From positions 160,001-224,000 of the forward strand of contig JAWLHY010000009.1 of NCBI GenBank assembly GCA_041690135.1: a stretch of 64,000 bases of DNA, written 5' to 3'. The notes under the pieces were generated by a model. The model saw nothing but the letters and a program-made list of their open reading frames with translations. It did no database searches and was not told the DNA's origin. Source of the DNA: Armatimonadota bacterium. Lineage in GTDB: Bacteria; Armatimonadota; SYMT01. Both the position numbers and the translations under genes were made by a program. Below are positions 45,822 to 55,923 of this stretch, in pieces (the stretch's first letter is position 1; each line of letters begins with the position of its first letter).

Positions 45822-48236
45822 ATGCCAGCTAACCTGGAAGAAGAAAGCTCCGGCCCCGAGTTTTCCATCCGTGACATCACGGATACACTCCGTCGCCGGA
45901 AGTGGGTGATTATCCAGGCATTCGTCATCGTGAGCGTCATCGGCCTCGTGACGGCCGCTCTCTCACCACCGGTCTACAGCACCGCTGGTCGGATGCTGGT
46001 GGAAACCCCTTCGAACAACAACTTTATCCTGACGCAGTTGGATGCCAAGGACCCGCTCAGCGCGCTGACCGTCCTGCGACAGAAGCAGAACGTTGAGACC
46101 CAGCTCGCCATTCTCCGCAGTTCCGAGTTCCGCCGGCGGGTGAACAACCGGCTCGGTGACATGGCGGGTGAGGCCGTGAGCCTGTCCTACCAGCCGCAGG
46201 AGGGCACCGGCATCATTATCGTTGCCGCGGAAGGCACCAATCCCAAGGCTTGCGCGGAGTGGTGCAACGTCTCCGTTGCCGAATACGTGGACTTCACGGC
46301 GGAGACGAACCGCCGCGCCATTCGCCAGACCCTCAAGTACCTGCGCGAAGAGCGTTCCAAAGCGGAGACCGCCCTGGCGGCCGCCGAAAAGGAATTGACC
46401 GCTTTCAAGCGGCGGACCCAGTATTCCGACAGCGACGAGGAGCGGGTCCTGCGCTTGAAGGAAGCCCTGGAGGCGCGCCAGCGTGCCGGGGCCGCCAAGC
46501 AAGAATTGCTGACGCTGGAGACCAAGCTGGCCGGAATCCAGGCGCGCCTGGACGCCGAGCCCGAGTCGTTGAATGAAGTGCGCATCATTCCCAATCCGGA
46601 AGTGGAAGCCTTCCGCGGTCGGATCGCGTCACTGAAGGCCGAGCGTGCCGTAAAGCTGGGTGAATATCAGGAGACCAGCGCCGTCATTATTGAGCTCAAC
46701 GCCCAGATTGAGGAATTGGAGAAGCAACTCGAAGGGCGTCCTCTGGTCATCAAAGAGACGTATGAAAAGCCCAACCCGAGGCTCCTGGAACTCCGCTCCC
46801 AATTGGATGACCTCCACCTCCAGAAGGCGACCTTCGAAGCGCAGTACAAGCAGCTCGCCTCGATCGCCATCCCCGCGGTTCAAAAAGTGGAGCAATTCGC
46901 GCCCTGGCAGGTGGAGCTCGGAAAGCTCGAGCGCGAACGCGCGATGTCGGAGAAGACGTTCATCGACTACGACACGAAGTTGCGCGAACTGGAGGTCCGT
47001 CAGGAACTGGTTGGAGCGACCGCGCAGTTGATGGAAGAAGCACCGGTACCGGGCGTTCCTATCCGTCCGCAGAAGGCGCAGCAGGTCGCCATGGCGGCGA
47101 TGATGGGCCTGCTGCTCGGCGTGGGCTTTGCGTTCCTCCAGGAGTTCCTCGACGACCGGGTGAACACGTCGGAAGACATCGAGCGGATCACGGCCCTGCC
47201 GACGCTCGGCGTGGTGCCAACGATTCCGGAGAGCCACAACCGCCTGCTGATCGGGCACGATGCCCTTTCCCCAGTCACCGAGAGCTACCGGTCCCTGCGA
47301 ACGAGTGTCCTCTATTCCTCGGTGGATAACCCGATCCACACGATGATCGTGACCAGCGCGCATCCGGGCGAAGGCAAGTCGATCACCAGTGCTAACCTGG
47401 CTATCGCGATGGCCCTGCAGGGCAAACGCGTCATCCTCGCCGATGCCGACCTGCGGCGCCCGAGCGTGCACCGCATGTTCCGCCTGGAAGGGGAGCCGGG
47501 TCTTACTTCCGTGCTGGCCGGTGAAGTCTCCCTGGAAGATGCGCTCCATCCAACGGCAATCGAGGGGTTGACAGTGCTCTGCTGTGGGGCATTGCCGCCG
47601 AACCCGCCGGAACTGCTGAACAGCCAGGCCATGATGGACCTGATGGCCCTGATGCGCGAGCACGCCGATCTGATCGTCTTCGACACCCCGCCGACCATTC
47701 CGGTGACGGACGCTCAGGTGCTGGCGAGTGTCACGGATGGGGCGGTGCTGGTGGTGGAAGCCGGCCAGTCCCGCAAAGCGGCGGTCAAGCACGCGCGCGA
47801 CCTGCTGGCCCAGACCCACTCGCGAGTGCTGGGGGTGGTCCTCAACAAGATCGACCAGAGCAGCAAGGGTTACTACTATCACTACTACTACCGCAGTGGG
47901 TACCGGCGCTACAAGAAGTACGGCTATGGGCGCAAGGGCTACGGCTACGGCTATGGCGGTGGCCAGGGCTACGGCAGCGGCAAGGGGTACGGCTACGGCA
48001 GCGGTGAGGGCTATGGCCAGAGCTATGGCTATGGCGAGGGTTACGGCTACGGACAGAGCTACGGCTACGGCGAGGGCTATGGCGAAGGGCGAGGGCGGCA
48101 TCGCCTGGGGGCTGCAGGGGTCGATACCGAGACTCTCTCTCCCCACGAAATGGCCGGAGGTGACTTCCGACCGGAACAGGCGGAAGAACAGGAAGAGCGG
48201 CCGCGGCTGCCCGACCGCCTGCGAGACTGGGAGTAA
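45822..48236 (+). CDS. wzc: polysaccharide co-polymerase/tyrosine autokinase (Wzc/GumC family)
   Basis: Two TMs flanking coiled coil; Walker A 'PGEGKS', 'DADLRRP', 'DTPP'; Tyr-rich tail. Confidence 0.93.
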   Translation: MPANLEEESSGPEFSIRDITDTLRRRKWVIIQAFVIVSVIGLVTAALSPPVYSTAGRMLVETPSNNNFILTQLDAKDPLSALTVLRQKQNVETQLAILRSSEFRRRVNNRLGDMAGEAVSLSYQPQEGTGIIIVAAEGTNPKACAEWCNVSVAEYVDFTAETNRRAIRQTLKYLREERSKAETALAAAEKELTAFKRRTQYSDSDEERVLRLKEALEARQRAGAAKQELLTLETKLAGIQARLDAEPESLNEVRIIPNPEVEAFRGRIASLKAERAVKLGEYQETSAVIIELNAQIEELEKQLEGRPLVIKETYEKPNPRLLELRSQLDDLHLQKATFEAQYKQLASIAIPAVQKVEQFAPWQVELGKLERERAMSEKTFIDYDTKLRELEVRQELVGATAQLMEEAPVPGVPIRPQKAQQVAMAAMMGLLLGVGFAFLQEFLDDRVNTSEDIERITALPTLGVVPTIPESHNRLLIGHDALSPVTESYRSLRTSVLYSSVDNPIHTMIVTSAHPGEGKSITSANLAIAMALQGKRVILADADLRRPSVHRMFRLEGEPGLTSVLAGEVSLEDALHPTAIEGLTVLCCGALPPNPPELLNSQAMMDLMALMREHADLIVFDTPPTIPVTDAQVLASVTDGAVLVVEAGQSRKAAVKHARDLLAQTHSRVLGVVLNKIDQSSKGYYYHYYYRSGYRRYKKYGYGRKGYGYGYGGGQGYGSGKGYGYGSGEGYGQSYGYGEGYGYGQSYGYGEGYGEGRGRHRLGAAGVDTETLSPHEMAGGDFRPEQAEEQEERPRLPDRLRDWE

Positions 48237-48303
48237 CGAGTTGCTTACACGACGATTTCTCCGCACGGAAGGTGCTTGGGTCCAAGGAAGGAGGGGGAAC
48301 GGA

Positions 48304-49569
48304 ATGAGCTACTTCGCATCCACCTGGCGCTACGCGGTGGCGGCCGCATGCGTCATCGGGACGGCAACCGTCGCTCCGGCGCGCGCGTTTGCCCAGCAGG
48401 CGGCTCCGGCTCCGGTGGCTCCGGTGGCTCCGGTCGTCTCGAATGAAATCCCGGACCGCGACCATGTTCTCGGTCCCGGCGATGTCATTGAGATCACCGT
48501 CGAACGTTACCCAGACCTTAGCCGCACGGTCACCCTCTTCTCCGACGGCACCATCGATCATCCCACCATCGGAGCGGTGCAGTGCGCCGGCTACAAGACG
48601 GGCGAGCTTGCGCTGCGTCTGGTGGAAGCCTTCAAGAAGGAACTGCGACGTCCCACCGTCCATGTAGCGCTACGCTCCAAGTACGTACCTCCGAAGGTGG
48701 AGGTGAAGGTCGAGATCCCCAAGATCACCGCTCTCGGCGCCGTCTCGCGGAAAGGTATGATCGAACTGCCCCAGCCGAAGCCCCTACGGCTGGTACTCGC
48801 GGAAATCACCCCAACCGCCGACGCCGATCTCACCAAGATCTGCGTCCGCTATCCGGATGGAACGCGCCGTTTTGCGGACTTCAGCCAGTTCGACCTTAAA
48901 GGTGAGTCCGAGGACGACTTCCTGATCAAAGGCGGGGAGGAGATCATCCTGACCGAGCGGCCGGCGGTGCAGAAGCCGGATCCCATCAAGTTCAAGGTAT
49001 TGGGGGAAGGGGTCAACAAGCCGGGCGAAATCACCACCGAGGGGAACATCTCGATCCTGGAAGCCATTGAACGAGCCGGCGGTTTTAAACCCAGCGCTGA
49101 TCTGGAACTGGTGGAGGTCTTTGGCCCTAACCACAAGCAGACGAAGATCGTCGACGTCGAGAAGTACATGTTCGGTGACGTCACCGCCAACTACGTGGTC
49201 CAGGGGACGGACGTCATCAAAGTGCCGCTCAAGAAGCTGGAAATCAGCGTGCTCGGTGAAGTCGGCCGGCCGGGAGTGATGAACATCCGGGAAACGGAGA
49301 CACTCCTGAGTGTCTACCTGGCGGCCGGGCGGTCCACCGGTGGGGATGCGACGAAAGCCCAGTTGATCCGCCGGGGGAAGGACGGGAAGGCGGTATTCAA
49401 GGTGGTGAATATCCGCGAAATCGAGAAGCAAAAGAAGCCGGATCTTCCGCTCATGGCGGGAGACGTGGTCTTTGTTCCCCACAAGAAGACCAAACGCGGC
49501 CTTGTGTACTATCTGCAGGCGATCGCCACTCCGCTCTGGTTGGCCAGGTCGATTTCGCCCGTTCCCTAA
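48304..49569 (+). CDS. polysaccharide export protein with SLBB domains (Wza-like)
   Basis: 'LGPGDVIEITV', 'DGTIDHPTIG', repeated 'VLGEV..PG' SLBB motifs. Confidence 0.9.
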   Translation: MSYFASTWRYAVAAACVIGTATVAPARAFAQQAAPAPVAPVAPVVSNEIPDRDHVLGPGDVIEITVERYPDLSRTVTLFSDGTIDHPTIGAVQCAGYKTGELALRLVEAFKKELRRPTVHVALRSKYVPPKVEVKVEIPKITALGAVSRKGMIELPQPKPLRLVLAEITPTADADLTKICVRYPDGTRRFADFSQFDLKGESEDDFLIKGGEEIILTERPAVQKPDPIKFKVLGEGVNKPGEITTEGNISILEAIERAGGFKPSADLELVEVFGPNHKQTKIVDVEKYMFGDVTANYVVQGTDVIKVPLKKLEISVLGEVGRPGVMNIRETETLLSVYLAAGRSTGGDATKAQLIRRGKDGKAVFKVVNIREIEKQKKPDLPLMAGDVVFVPHKKTKRGLVYYLQAIATPLWLARSISPVP

Positions 49570-49590
49570 GTCCGTTCGGAAGAAGAGCTC

Positions 49591-49638
49591 CACGCGCGCC
49601 CGTAGCCGGTCCTTCGCGCTCGGCTACGGGCGCGCGTG
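49591..49638 (+). terminator. intra-operon 18-bp hairpin
   Basis: CACGCGCGCCCGTAGCCG...CGGCTACGGGCGCGCGTG. Confidence 0.55.
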
Positions 49639-49645
49639 CGGTTAG

Positions 49646-51157
49646 TTGGTTCCTGGTGGGGAGATCCTGTCCTTGAGTATCGCAGCAACGAGTGGAACTG
49701 GAGTCCGGCGCAAAGCCCCGGGCAGCGGGACATCCGCCCAGGCGCCTACGGCCAAAGTGATCGGCGCCTTGCTACTGGGTGCGCTGCCGGCGTTGATCCT
49801 GGCGGTCATTGTTGCACGAGAGGGCTTCCGGCACCCGCTGGTGTTGCCGTTGGCCGTCGTCGTTTTTGCGGTCAACGCGGTCATCGTTGTTCAGGACATC
49901 CGCAACGGTGTTGCCCTCTTCATCCTGGCGGCAGGATTATCTCCAAAGCTTCCGGGTCTCTACGAAAACCTGCGGGTTGAGGACTTCATCTTCGTTGTAG
50001 TGTTCGGGTTGTGGTTGTTCCGGCAAACCCCTGCCACGCGCCTGGCGAATCTCCGCAGCCCCATCGTCCAGCCCTTTATCGTCCTGACGGTTGTGAGTCT
50101 GCTGTCGACCATTTGGGGTGCGGCGCTAGGAAGGGTTCCGGACCTGGCTTACTCCGCACTGCTGCAGTTCAAACGGGTGGAGTACTTCCTGATTTTCTGG
50201 GTGGTTGCGACCACGGTCAAGAGCGAGCAGTGGCTGCGCATCCTGACGCTGCTCTTTGTGTTTAGCGGCGCGGGATGCGCGATGTACGGGTTCTTAAATC
50301 CTTCCGTGCCCGACTACACCAGCGCCGGCGAGACCCGGGTGGTTGGTCCGGAAGGGGAGAACTACAACACCCTCTCGGGCTACCTGGTGGTCTGCATCGG
50401 CGCCGGCGTGGGCGTGCTTCCAGATTTTCGTAAGGGTTTTGCGCGCCTGCTTTTGATCGCCTCGATCTCCCTGGCGGCGCTCGGGGTGTTGTTCAGCTTC
50501 TCCCGGGAGGGGCTGATCATGTTAATGGGCGCTCTCTTGTTCTTCGGCTTCACCCGCTATCGGATACTCCTGATCGCCGCGGCGGTCGCCTTCGTCGTGG
50601 CCCTCGGGGTGGCCGACCCCGTCCGGGAGAACCTGTCCGAGACCTTCAATCTGATCCAGAATTCCCGCGAGGCGGATCCGGGTGCCAACTCGCTTACCGC
50701 CCGGTACCGCGCGTGGGAGTATCGCTGGAACGGCTGGTTTGTGCAGCAGCCTCTGTTCGGCAACGGCGTCGGTTCCGTTGCACTTTCTGTCGACAACGAG
50801 TACTTGCTGCGTGCCTGTGAGACGGGCATTTTGGGATTTGGGGTCTTCATCTGGTGGCTTACCGCAATCGGCAAGCAGGTCGTGATCTTGCGTCGCAAGA
50901 AAGGGCTTGTGCAAACGATGTCGTTCGGGCTGGCATCGGGATTCGTGGGACTTCTCATCCAGGCGCTCGTTGCCTGCTCGTTCACCACTATCCGCACCAT
51001 GGAGGCCTTCTGGTTCTGGTTGGGGTTGGTAGCCGCCGCCAACCTGATTCAGACGCGTGCAGATCGCGAGGCCGCGGAGGCGCAGCGGCGGGCGGAAGAA
51101 CTGGCATCCAAGCAGAGCGCCACTCCGCGCCGGCGAGTTCCTTCCGTCGGTTGGTAG
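49646..51157 (+). CDS. O-antigen ligase/polymerase family protein
   Basis: Many TMs; 'FSFSREG', 'QPLFGNGVG', 'DNEYLLRACETGILG'; start uncertain. Confidence 0.85.
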   Translation: MVPGGEILSLSIAATSGTGVRRKAPGSGTSAQAPTAKVIGALLLGALPALILAVIVAREGFRHPLVLPLAVVVFAVNAVIVVQDIRNGVALFILAAGLSPKLPGLYENLRVEDFIFVVVFGLWLFRQTPATRLANLRSPIVQPFIVLTVVSLLSTIWGAALGRVPDLAYSALLQFKRVEYFLIFWVVATTVKSEQWLRILTLLFVFSGAGCAMYGFLNPSVPDYTSAGETRVVGPEGENYNTLSGYLVVCIGAGVGVLPDFRKGFARLLLIASISLAALGVLFSFSREGLIMLMGALLFFGFTRYRILLIAAAVAFVVALGVADPVRENLSETFNLIQNSREADPGANSLTARYRAWEYRWNGWFVQQPLFGNGVGSVALSVDNEYLLRACETGILGFGVFIWWLTAIGKQVVILRRKKGLVQTMSFGLASGFVGLLIQALVACSFTTIRTMEAFWFWLGLVAAANLIQTRADREAAEAQRRAEELASKQSATPRRRVPSVGW

Positions 51158-51241
51158 GCCATGGCGACGCCCTTCCTAACCGCCGCTCTAACCGGGCGGG
51201 TCGGCACCTTCCGGCCGTCCACAACCTCAAAGTAACGCCAC

Positions 51242-52654
51242 GTGGTAGCCTTCACTTCTGATGGGATCCGGCGGTTTCGCCGCGCGCCGGTCGCCACGGC
51301 GCTACTGTGGATAGCAGCGCCCACCGCACTCCTTGCCGTGGGCCTCGCCCTCGGTGGTACCCGCGATCAGAGCGGTTTCGAGCCGTGGGAGGTGGTGTTC
51401 GTCCTGGTAGCCTGGCTGGCCGTGACCCTGGCAACTGTCATCGATTTGCGATGGGGGCTCGGCGCCTTCGTTTTGGCAGCCGGAATCTCCCCGGAGATTC
51501 CCCTCCTCAACTACACGGTGCGGTTCGAAGATTTCATTTTTGTCCCGGTGCTGACCTGTTGGGCGATGACGTGGTTCCGGCGCCGGCGAATGCCACCGGT
51601 TCATCCCCTGTTGATCTGGCCGATTCTGGCGGGCCTGGCGGTGAGCGTGTTGGCCACGGTGCGCGGCGCGCACCTCGGGCTGCTGCCCGACCCGGTCTTC
51701 TCCTGGCTGGTGCTTGCCAAGCGGGTCGAGTATTTTCTGATCTTCTGGGTGGTGGCCACCAGCATTGATGAGGAGCGGAGTGCGCGCGCACTGGTGCACT
51801 GCCTGCTGGTGGGCGCCGTGCTGTCGGCCGCCTACGGTTTGATGGTGCCGGGAGAGTGGGGCGGCGAGTCGCGAATCTTTGCCGAACGTCGGGTGTTCGG
51901 TCCCGCCGGTGAGAATTACAACACGCTGAGCGGCTACCTGGTTGTTGCCATGTGTCTCGGCCTGGCGCTTTTCCCCACGTTTTCCGATCGTCGGGAACGC
52001 GTTTGGATCGGCGGAGCGGTTCTCCTTTCCGCGGTGGGGGTCTTGCTGAGTTTCTCGCGCGAGGGTCTCATCGTACTGGTGGTGGCACTGGTCATTATCT
52101 CGGCTATGGCTGCCGTCCACCGGTTCCGGAGCATCCTGGTGCTGGCACTCGCGATCGTGCTTCTGGTGGGCGTGGTTCCGCCAGTGCGGGACAACGCGAC
52201 CTACACCGTGACCCTCATCCAACGCGCGGCGGTGGATGCTCCGACGCAGAACTCCCTGGCGGCCCGTTATCAAACTTGGGCCTATCGCTGGAATGGTTGG
52301 GTGCGTCGCGAGCCGATTATAGGGAGTGGCGTTGGCTGTGTCGCCCTCTCGGCGGACAACGAGTATCTCCTTCGTGCGTGTGAGACCGGCTTCGTCGGGC
52401 TTGCCACCTTCGCCTGGCTTCTTGCAGCCGTGGGCGCACTGATCCGCCGCGAACTGAACAAGCCCGGGTGGTCGCATTACCTGGCGTGGGGAATGGCTGC
52501 CGCGTTCGCCGCACTACTCGTTCAGGCCACCGTTGCCGTTTCCTTCACAACGATCCGCACAATGGAACCGTTTTGGTTCGCCCTCGGTTTGCTCGCGGCG
52601 CTGGCTGTGCCGCAGTCGTCTTTCCCAGGAAAGCAAAAGAAATGCGCGTCTTGA
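51242..52654 (+). CDS. O-antigen ligase/polymerase family protein (paralogue)
   Basis: Shares 'KRVEYFLIFWVVAT', 'GENYNTLSGYLVV', 'YRWNGW', 'FTTIRTME' with upstream gene. Confidence 0.85.
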   Translation: MVAFTSDGIRRFRRAPVATALLWIAAPTALLAVGLALGGTRDQSGFEPWEVVFVLVAWLAVTLATVIDLRWGLGAFVLAAGISPEIPLLNYTVRFEDFIFVPVLTCWAMTWFRRRRMPPVHPLLIWPILAGLAVSVLATVRGAHLGLLPDPVFSWLVLAKRVEYFLIFWVVATSIDEERSARALVHCLLVGAVLSAAYGLMVPGEWGGESRIFAERRVFGPAGENYNTLSGYLVVAMCLGLALFPTFSDRRERVWIGGAVLLSAVGVLLSFSREGLIVLVVALVIISAMAAVHRFRSILVLALAIVLLVGVVPPVRDNATYTVTLIQRAAVDAPTQNSLAARYQTWAYRWNGWVRREPIIGSGVGCVALSADNEYLLRACETGFVGLATFAWLLAAVGALIRRELNKPGWSHYLAWGMAAAFAALLVQATVAVSFTTIRTMEPFWFALGLLAALAVPQSSFPGKQKKCAS

Positions 52655-53658
52655 TCACGGGGGGTGCCGGTTTCATCGGTACCAATCTAGCGGATGCCCT
52701 CTGCCGGCAGGGTCACCAGGTCACCGTCTACGACAACCTTTCCCGCCGGGGGGTGGAGAGCAATGCCCGCTGGCTGCGTCAGGAACATCCTCAACTCGAA
52801 TTCATCGAGGGCGACGTGCGCAATGTCGCCGACCTGGAGAGCGCATGCCGCGGAGTACAGCAGGTTTACCACCTCGCCGCGCAGGTGGCGGTGACCACCT
52901 CCGTGCAGGATCCGCGTTCCGACTTCGATGTCAATCTGCTCGGCACCTTGAACCTGCTGGAAGCGGTCCGGCGAGGCGCGCCGGAAGCACCCGTGTTTTA
53001 CACTTCCACCAATAAGGTGTACGGCGGCATGGAAGATCTTCCGGTCGAATTGCAGGGGGAGCGATATGCCTATGCCACCCTGCCCGAAGGCGTTTCCGAA
53101 CAGCGACCCCTCGACTTCCATTCCCCTTACGGCTGCTCCAAAGGCGGAGCCGACCAGTACGTGCGGGACTACGCTCGTATCTATGGCCTGCGCACGGTGG
53201 TCTTCCGCATGTCCTGCATCTATGGCCCCCATCAGTGCGGGAACGAAGATCAGGGTTGGGTCGCCCATTTTGCTCGCTGCGCCCTCCAGGGTGCGGGTGT
53301 GAACATCTACGGGGACGGCAAGCAGGTGCGCGACATTCTTTACGTCGAGGATCTCGTCCGTGCATTCCGGATGGCGGCGGAAGCGATCGATCGCACGGCC
53401 GGCCACGTGTACAACATCGGCGGCGGGCCCGAAAACACGGTTTCTCTGCTGGAGCTCCTCTCCGTGCTGGAAGAACTGTGCGGGCACAGCATTCCCCGCT
53501 CCTTCTCGGACTGGCGGCCGGGCGACCAGCGGATCTATGTCACCAACGTGCAGAGCGCCTGCAACGACTTCGGCTGGCATCCGGAAGTATCGCGCTTGGA
53601 GGGGATCAGCCGCCTATTCCAGTGGCTGAAATCCGCTGAGCGGGTGTTGGTGGGATAA
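52642..53658 (+). CDS. NAD-dependent epimerase, CDP-paratose 2-epimerase (RfbE)-like
   Basis: 'GGAGFIG', 'AAQVAVTTS', 'STNKVYG', 'YGCSKG', 'EDQGWVAHF'. Confidence 0.88.
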   Translation: MRVLITGGAGFIGTNLADALCRQGHQVTVYDNLSRRGVESNARWLRQEHPQLEFIEGDVRNVADLESACRGVQQVYHLAAQVAVTTSVQDPRSDFDVNLLGTLNLLEAVRRGAPEAPVFYTSTNKVYGGMEDLPVELQGERYAYATLPEGVSEQRPLDFHSPYGCSKGGADQYVRDYARIYGLRTVVFRMSCIYGPHQCGNEDQGWVAHFARCALQGAGVNIYGDGKQVRDILYVEDLVRAFRMAAEAIDRTAGHVYNIGGGPENTVSLLELLSVLEELCGHSIPRSFSDWRPGDQRIYVTNVQSACNDFGWHPEVSRLEGISRLFQWLKSAERVLVG

Positions 53659-53671
53659 AGGGGAGGGTCGG

Positions 53672-54538
53672 ATGAGCGTGATTGAAGAACCCGCGTCCAT
53701 GCCGTTACAGCCGAGTCCGGTGGCGGTGACGCGCATCCGGCCGCAACAGGGGCTACTGGGTCTGGACCTCCACGGTATTTGGGAGTACCGGGAACTGCTC
53801 TACTTCTTGATCTGGAGAGATCTCAAGGTCAGGTACAAGCAGACAATTCTGGGGTTCGCCTGGGCGATCATTCCGCCGATCGCGCGGGTGCTGTTGTTCA
53901 CCATCATCTTCGGCCGTTTCATCAAGACACCGACCGAGGGCGTGCCGTATCCGCTTTTTGCATATGCGGCGCTGCTGCCCTGGAGCCTGTTCTCCGGAGC
54001 CGTCAATCGTTCCGGGACCAGCCTCGTCCAGAGTGCGGGCCTGATCTCCAAGGTGTATTTTCCACGCCTGGTCGTCCCTCTCTCCGCCGCTCTCGGTGCC
54101 CTCGCGGACTTTGCCATCTCACTCTTGGTGCTCGCCGGTTTGATGGTGATCTTCGGATATGTTCCCACCGCCGCCATGCTCACCCTGCCTCTCTGGGCCG
54201 GGCTCGCCCTGGCGTTGGGGTTCGGTGTGGGCCTGGGGCTCTCCGCAGTCAATGTTCGGTTCCGCGACGTGACCTTCGTGATGACACTTCTGGTGGAACT
54301 CTGGATGTATGCTTCCCCGGTCGTCTACTCGCTGGAAGTCGTGCCGGAACAGTATCGCTTCTGGTATGACCTCAACCCAATGGTCGGCTGCATCCAGGGT
54401 TTTCGCTGGGCTATTCTCCAATCCGCCACCCAAGTGGATGTGCCGTGGATTCCCGCGGTGGCACTGACCGGTGTCATTCTTGTCGCGGCGACCTTCTACT
54501 TCAATCAGGTAGAGCGTTCCTTCGCGGATGTTATTTGA
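53672..54538 (+). CDS. wzm: polysaccharide ABC transporter permease
   Basis: 'RDLKVRYKQT.LG..W', 'LISKVYFPR', 'LNPM'. Confidence 0.93.
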   Translation: MSVIEEPASMPLQPSPVAVTRIRPQQGLLGLDLHGIWEYRELLYFLIWRDLKVRYKQTILGFAWAIIPPIARVLLFTIIFGRFIKTPTEGVPYPLFAYAALLPWSLFSGAVNRSGTSLVQSAGLISKVYFPRLVVPLSAALGALADFAISLLVLAGLMVIFGYVPTAAMLTLPLWAGLALALGFGVGLGLSAVNVRFRDVTFVMTLLVELWMYASPVVYSLEVVPEQYRFWYDLNPMVGCIQGFRWAILQSATQVDVPWIPAVALTGVILVAATFYFNQVERSFADVI

Positions 54539-54582
54539 CGCGGATGTCATTTGACGCGCATGTTATCTGATCGGTTAAGCAT

Positions 54583-55848
54583 ATGAGCGAACTGGCAATC
54601 CGTGTGGACGGACTGAGTAAACAGTACCGGATCGGCATCGGTCCCGATCGGTCCGCCAACCTGCAAGAAGCTTTGCTGCGCGCCATCACCGGCCCGGTCC
54701 GCAGGCTCCGAGACGGGAAGCGGAGCAACCAGGAAGAGGTTCTGTGGGCGCTGCGCGACGTTTCCTTCGACCTGCGACAGGGAGAGGTACTCGGGGTCAT
54801 CGGGCGCAACGGGGCCGGCAAGAGCACCCTGCTCAAGATCCTTTCCCGGATCACGGGGCCGACCAGCGGTGAAGTGGAAGTGCGGGGCCGACTGGCTTCG
54901 TTGCTGGAAGTCGGAACCGGATTCCATCCGGAACTTACCGGCCGCGAGAACATTTTCCTGAACGGCGCGATGCTCGGCATGCGGCGGCGCGAGATCAGCC
55001 AGAAGTTCGACGCCATCGTCGATTTCTCGGGAGTGGAGCGCTTCCTGGAAACGCCGGTCAAGCGGTACTCCAGCGGCATGTATATGCGACTCGCCTTTGC
55101 TGTGGCGGCGCATCTGGAGCCGGAGGTCCTGGTGGTGGACGAAGTCCTGGCCGTGGGTGACCTGAGCTTCCAGAAGAAGTGTCTCGGCAAGATGGGAGAG
55201 GTCGCTCGGGCCGGTCGCACCGTGTTGTTCGTCAGCCATCAGATGAACGCCGTACGCCGGCTTTGTCATCGCTGCCTCTGGCTGGAGCAGGGCCAGGTGC
55301 GAATGTTGGGGGACACCGCACACGTTGTCAGCTTTTACGAGGCCGCGGCGACGGCCACGAGCGATAGTGCCGACGGCACGCGCAACGGGGGACCCGCGCG
55401 GTTTCTGCGCTGGGAAATTCGGGGAGCGGACCCGGATGAGCCCAATGTCCTGCGCCGCGACGGCAACACGGAACTCGTGTTGCACGTTCAAGTCAACCGG
55501 CCTATCCGTTTCGGCGAGCACGGCATCGCCCTCTTCAACGGCGACGGTCAGTTGATGTGGGCCAACGCGGCACGGAACCTGCACCTGGAGCCCGGACACC
55601 ACGAAATCTGCCACGCCGTACCGTACCTACCTCTGCGTCCGGGAAGCTATTCGCTGCAGGTTAGCATCTACGAAGACCGAGAATTGCTCGATTTCTGGCA
55701 CGCCACACCGGAACTCATCCTGGCCACCCCGCCGTGCGGGCATCCCTCGGATGAGTGGGCAGGTGTGCTCAACCTCCCCGCAGAGGTTCGAATCACTTCA
55801 AAGGCGCCGGCGGTGTCCGACGCGGAGCAGGTGCTGCTGCAAACTTGA
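54583..55848 (+). CDS. wzt: polysaccharide ABC transporter ATPase with C-terminal Wzt_C domain
   Basis: 'GRNGAGKST', 'YSSGM..RLAFA', 'DEVLAVGD'. Confidence 0.95.
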   Translation: MSELAIRVDGLSKQYRIGIGPDRSANLQEALLRAITGPVRRLRDGKRSNQEEVLWALRDVSFDLRQGEVLGVIGRNGAGKSTLLKILSRITGPTSGEVEVRGRLASLLEVGTGFHPELTGRENIFLNGAMLGMRRREISQKFDAIVDFSGVERFLETPVKRYSSGMYMRLAFAVAAHLEPEVLVVDEVLAVGDLSFQKKCLGKMGEVARAGRTVLFVSHQMNAVRRLCHRCLWLEQGQVRMLGDTAHVVSFYEAAATATSDSADGTRNGGPARFLRWEIRGADPDEPNVLRRDGNTELVLHVQVNRPIRFGEHGIALFNGDGQLMWANAARNLHLEPGHHEICHAVPYLPLRPGSYSLQVSIYEDRELLDFWHATPELILATPPCGHPSDEWAGVLNLPAEVRITSKAPAVSDAEQVLLQT

Positions 55849-55923
55849 GAGGCACCCTACCGCGTCTCCGCCCAGTCGTCCGCAATCGTTTTCCCGTCCA
55901 GCATTCCACCGGAGTCCACAACC

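Noticed and set aside
47728-48303. Ala/Thr-rich N-terminal extension of the Wza-like ORF
   Set aside because: Alternative frame of the Wzc Gly-Tyr repeat; an RBS and signal peptide support a start at 48304.
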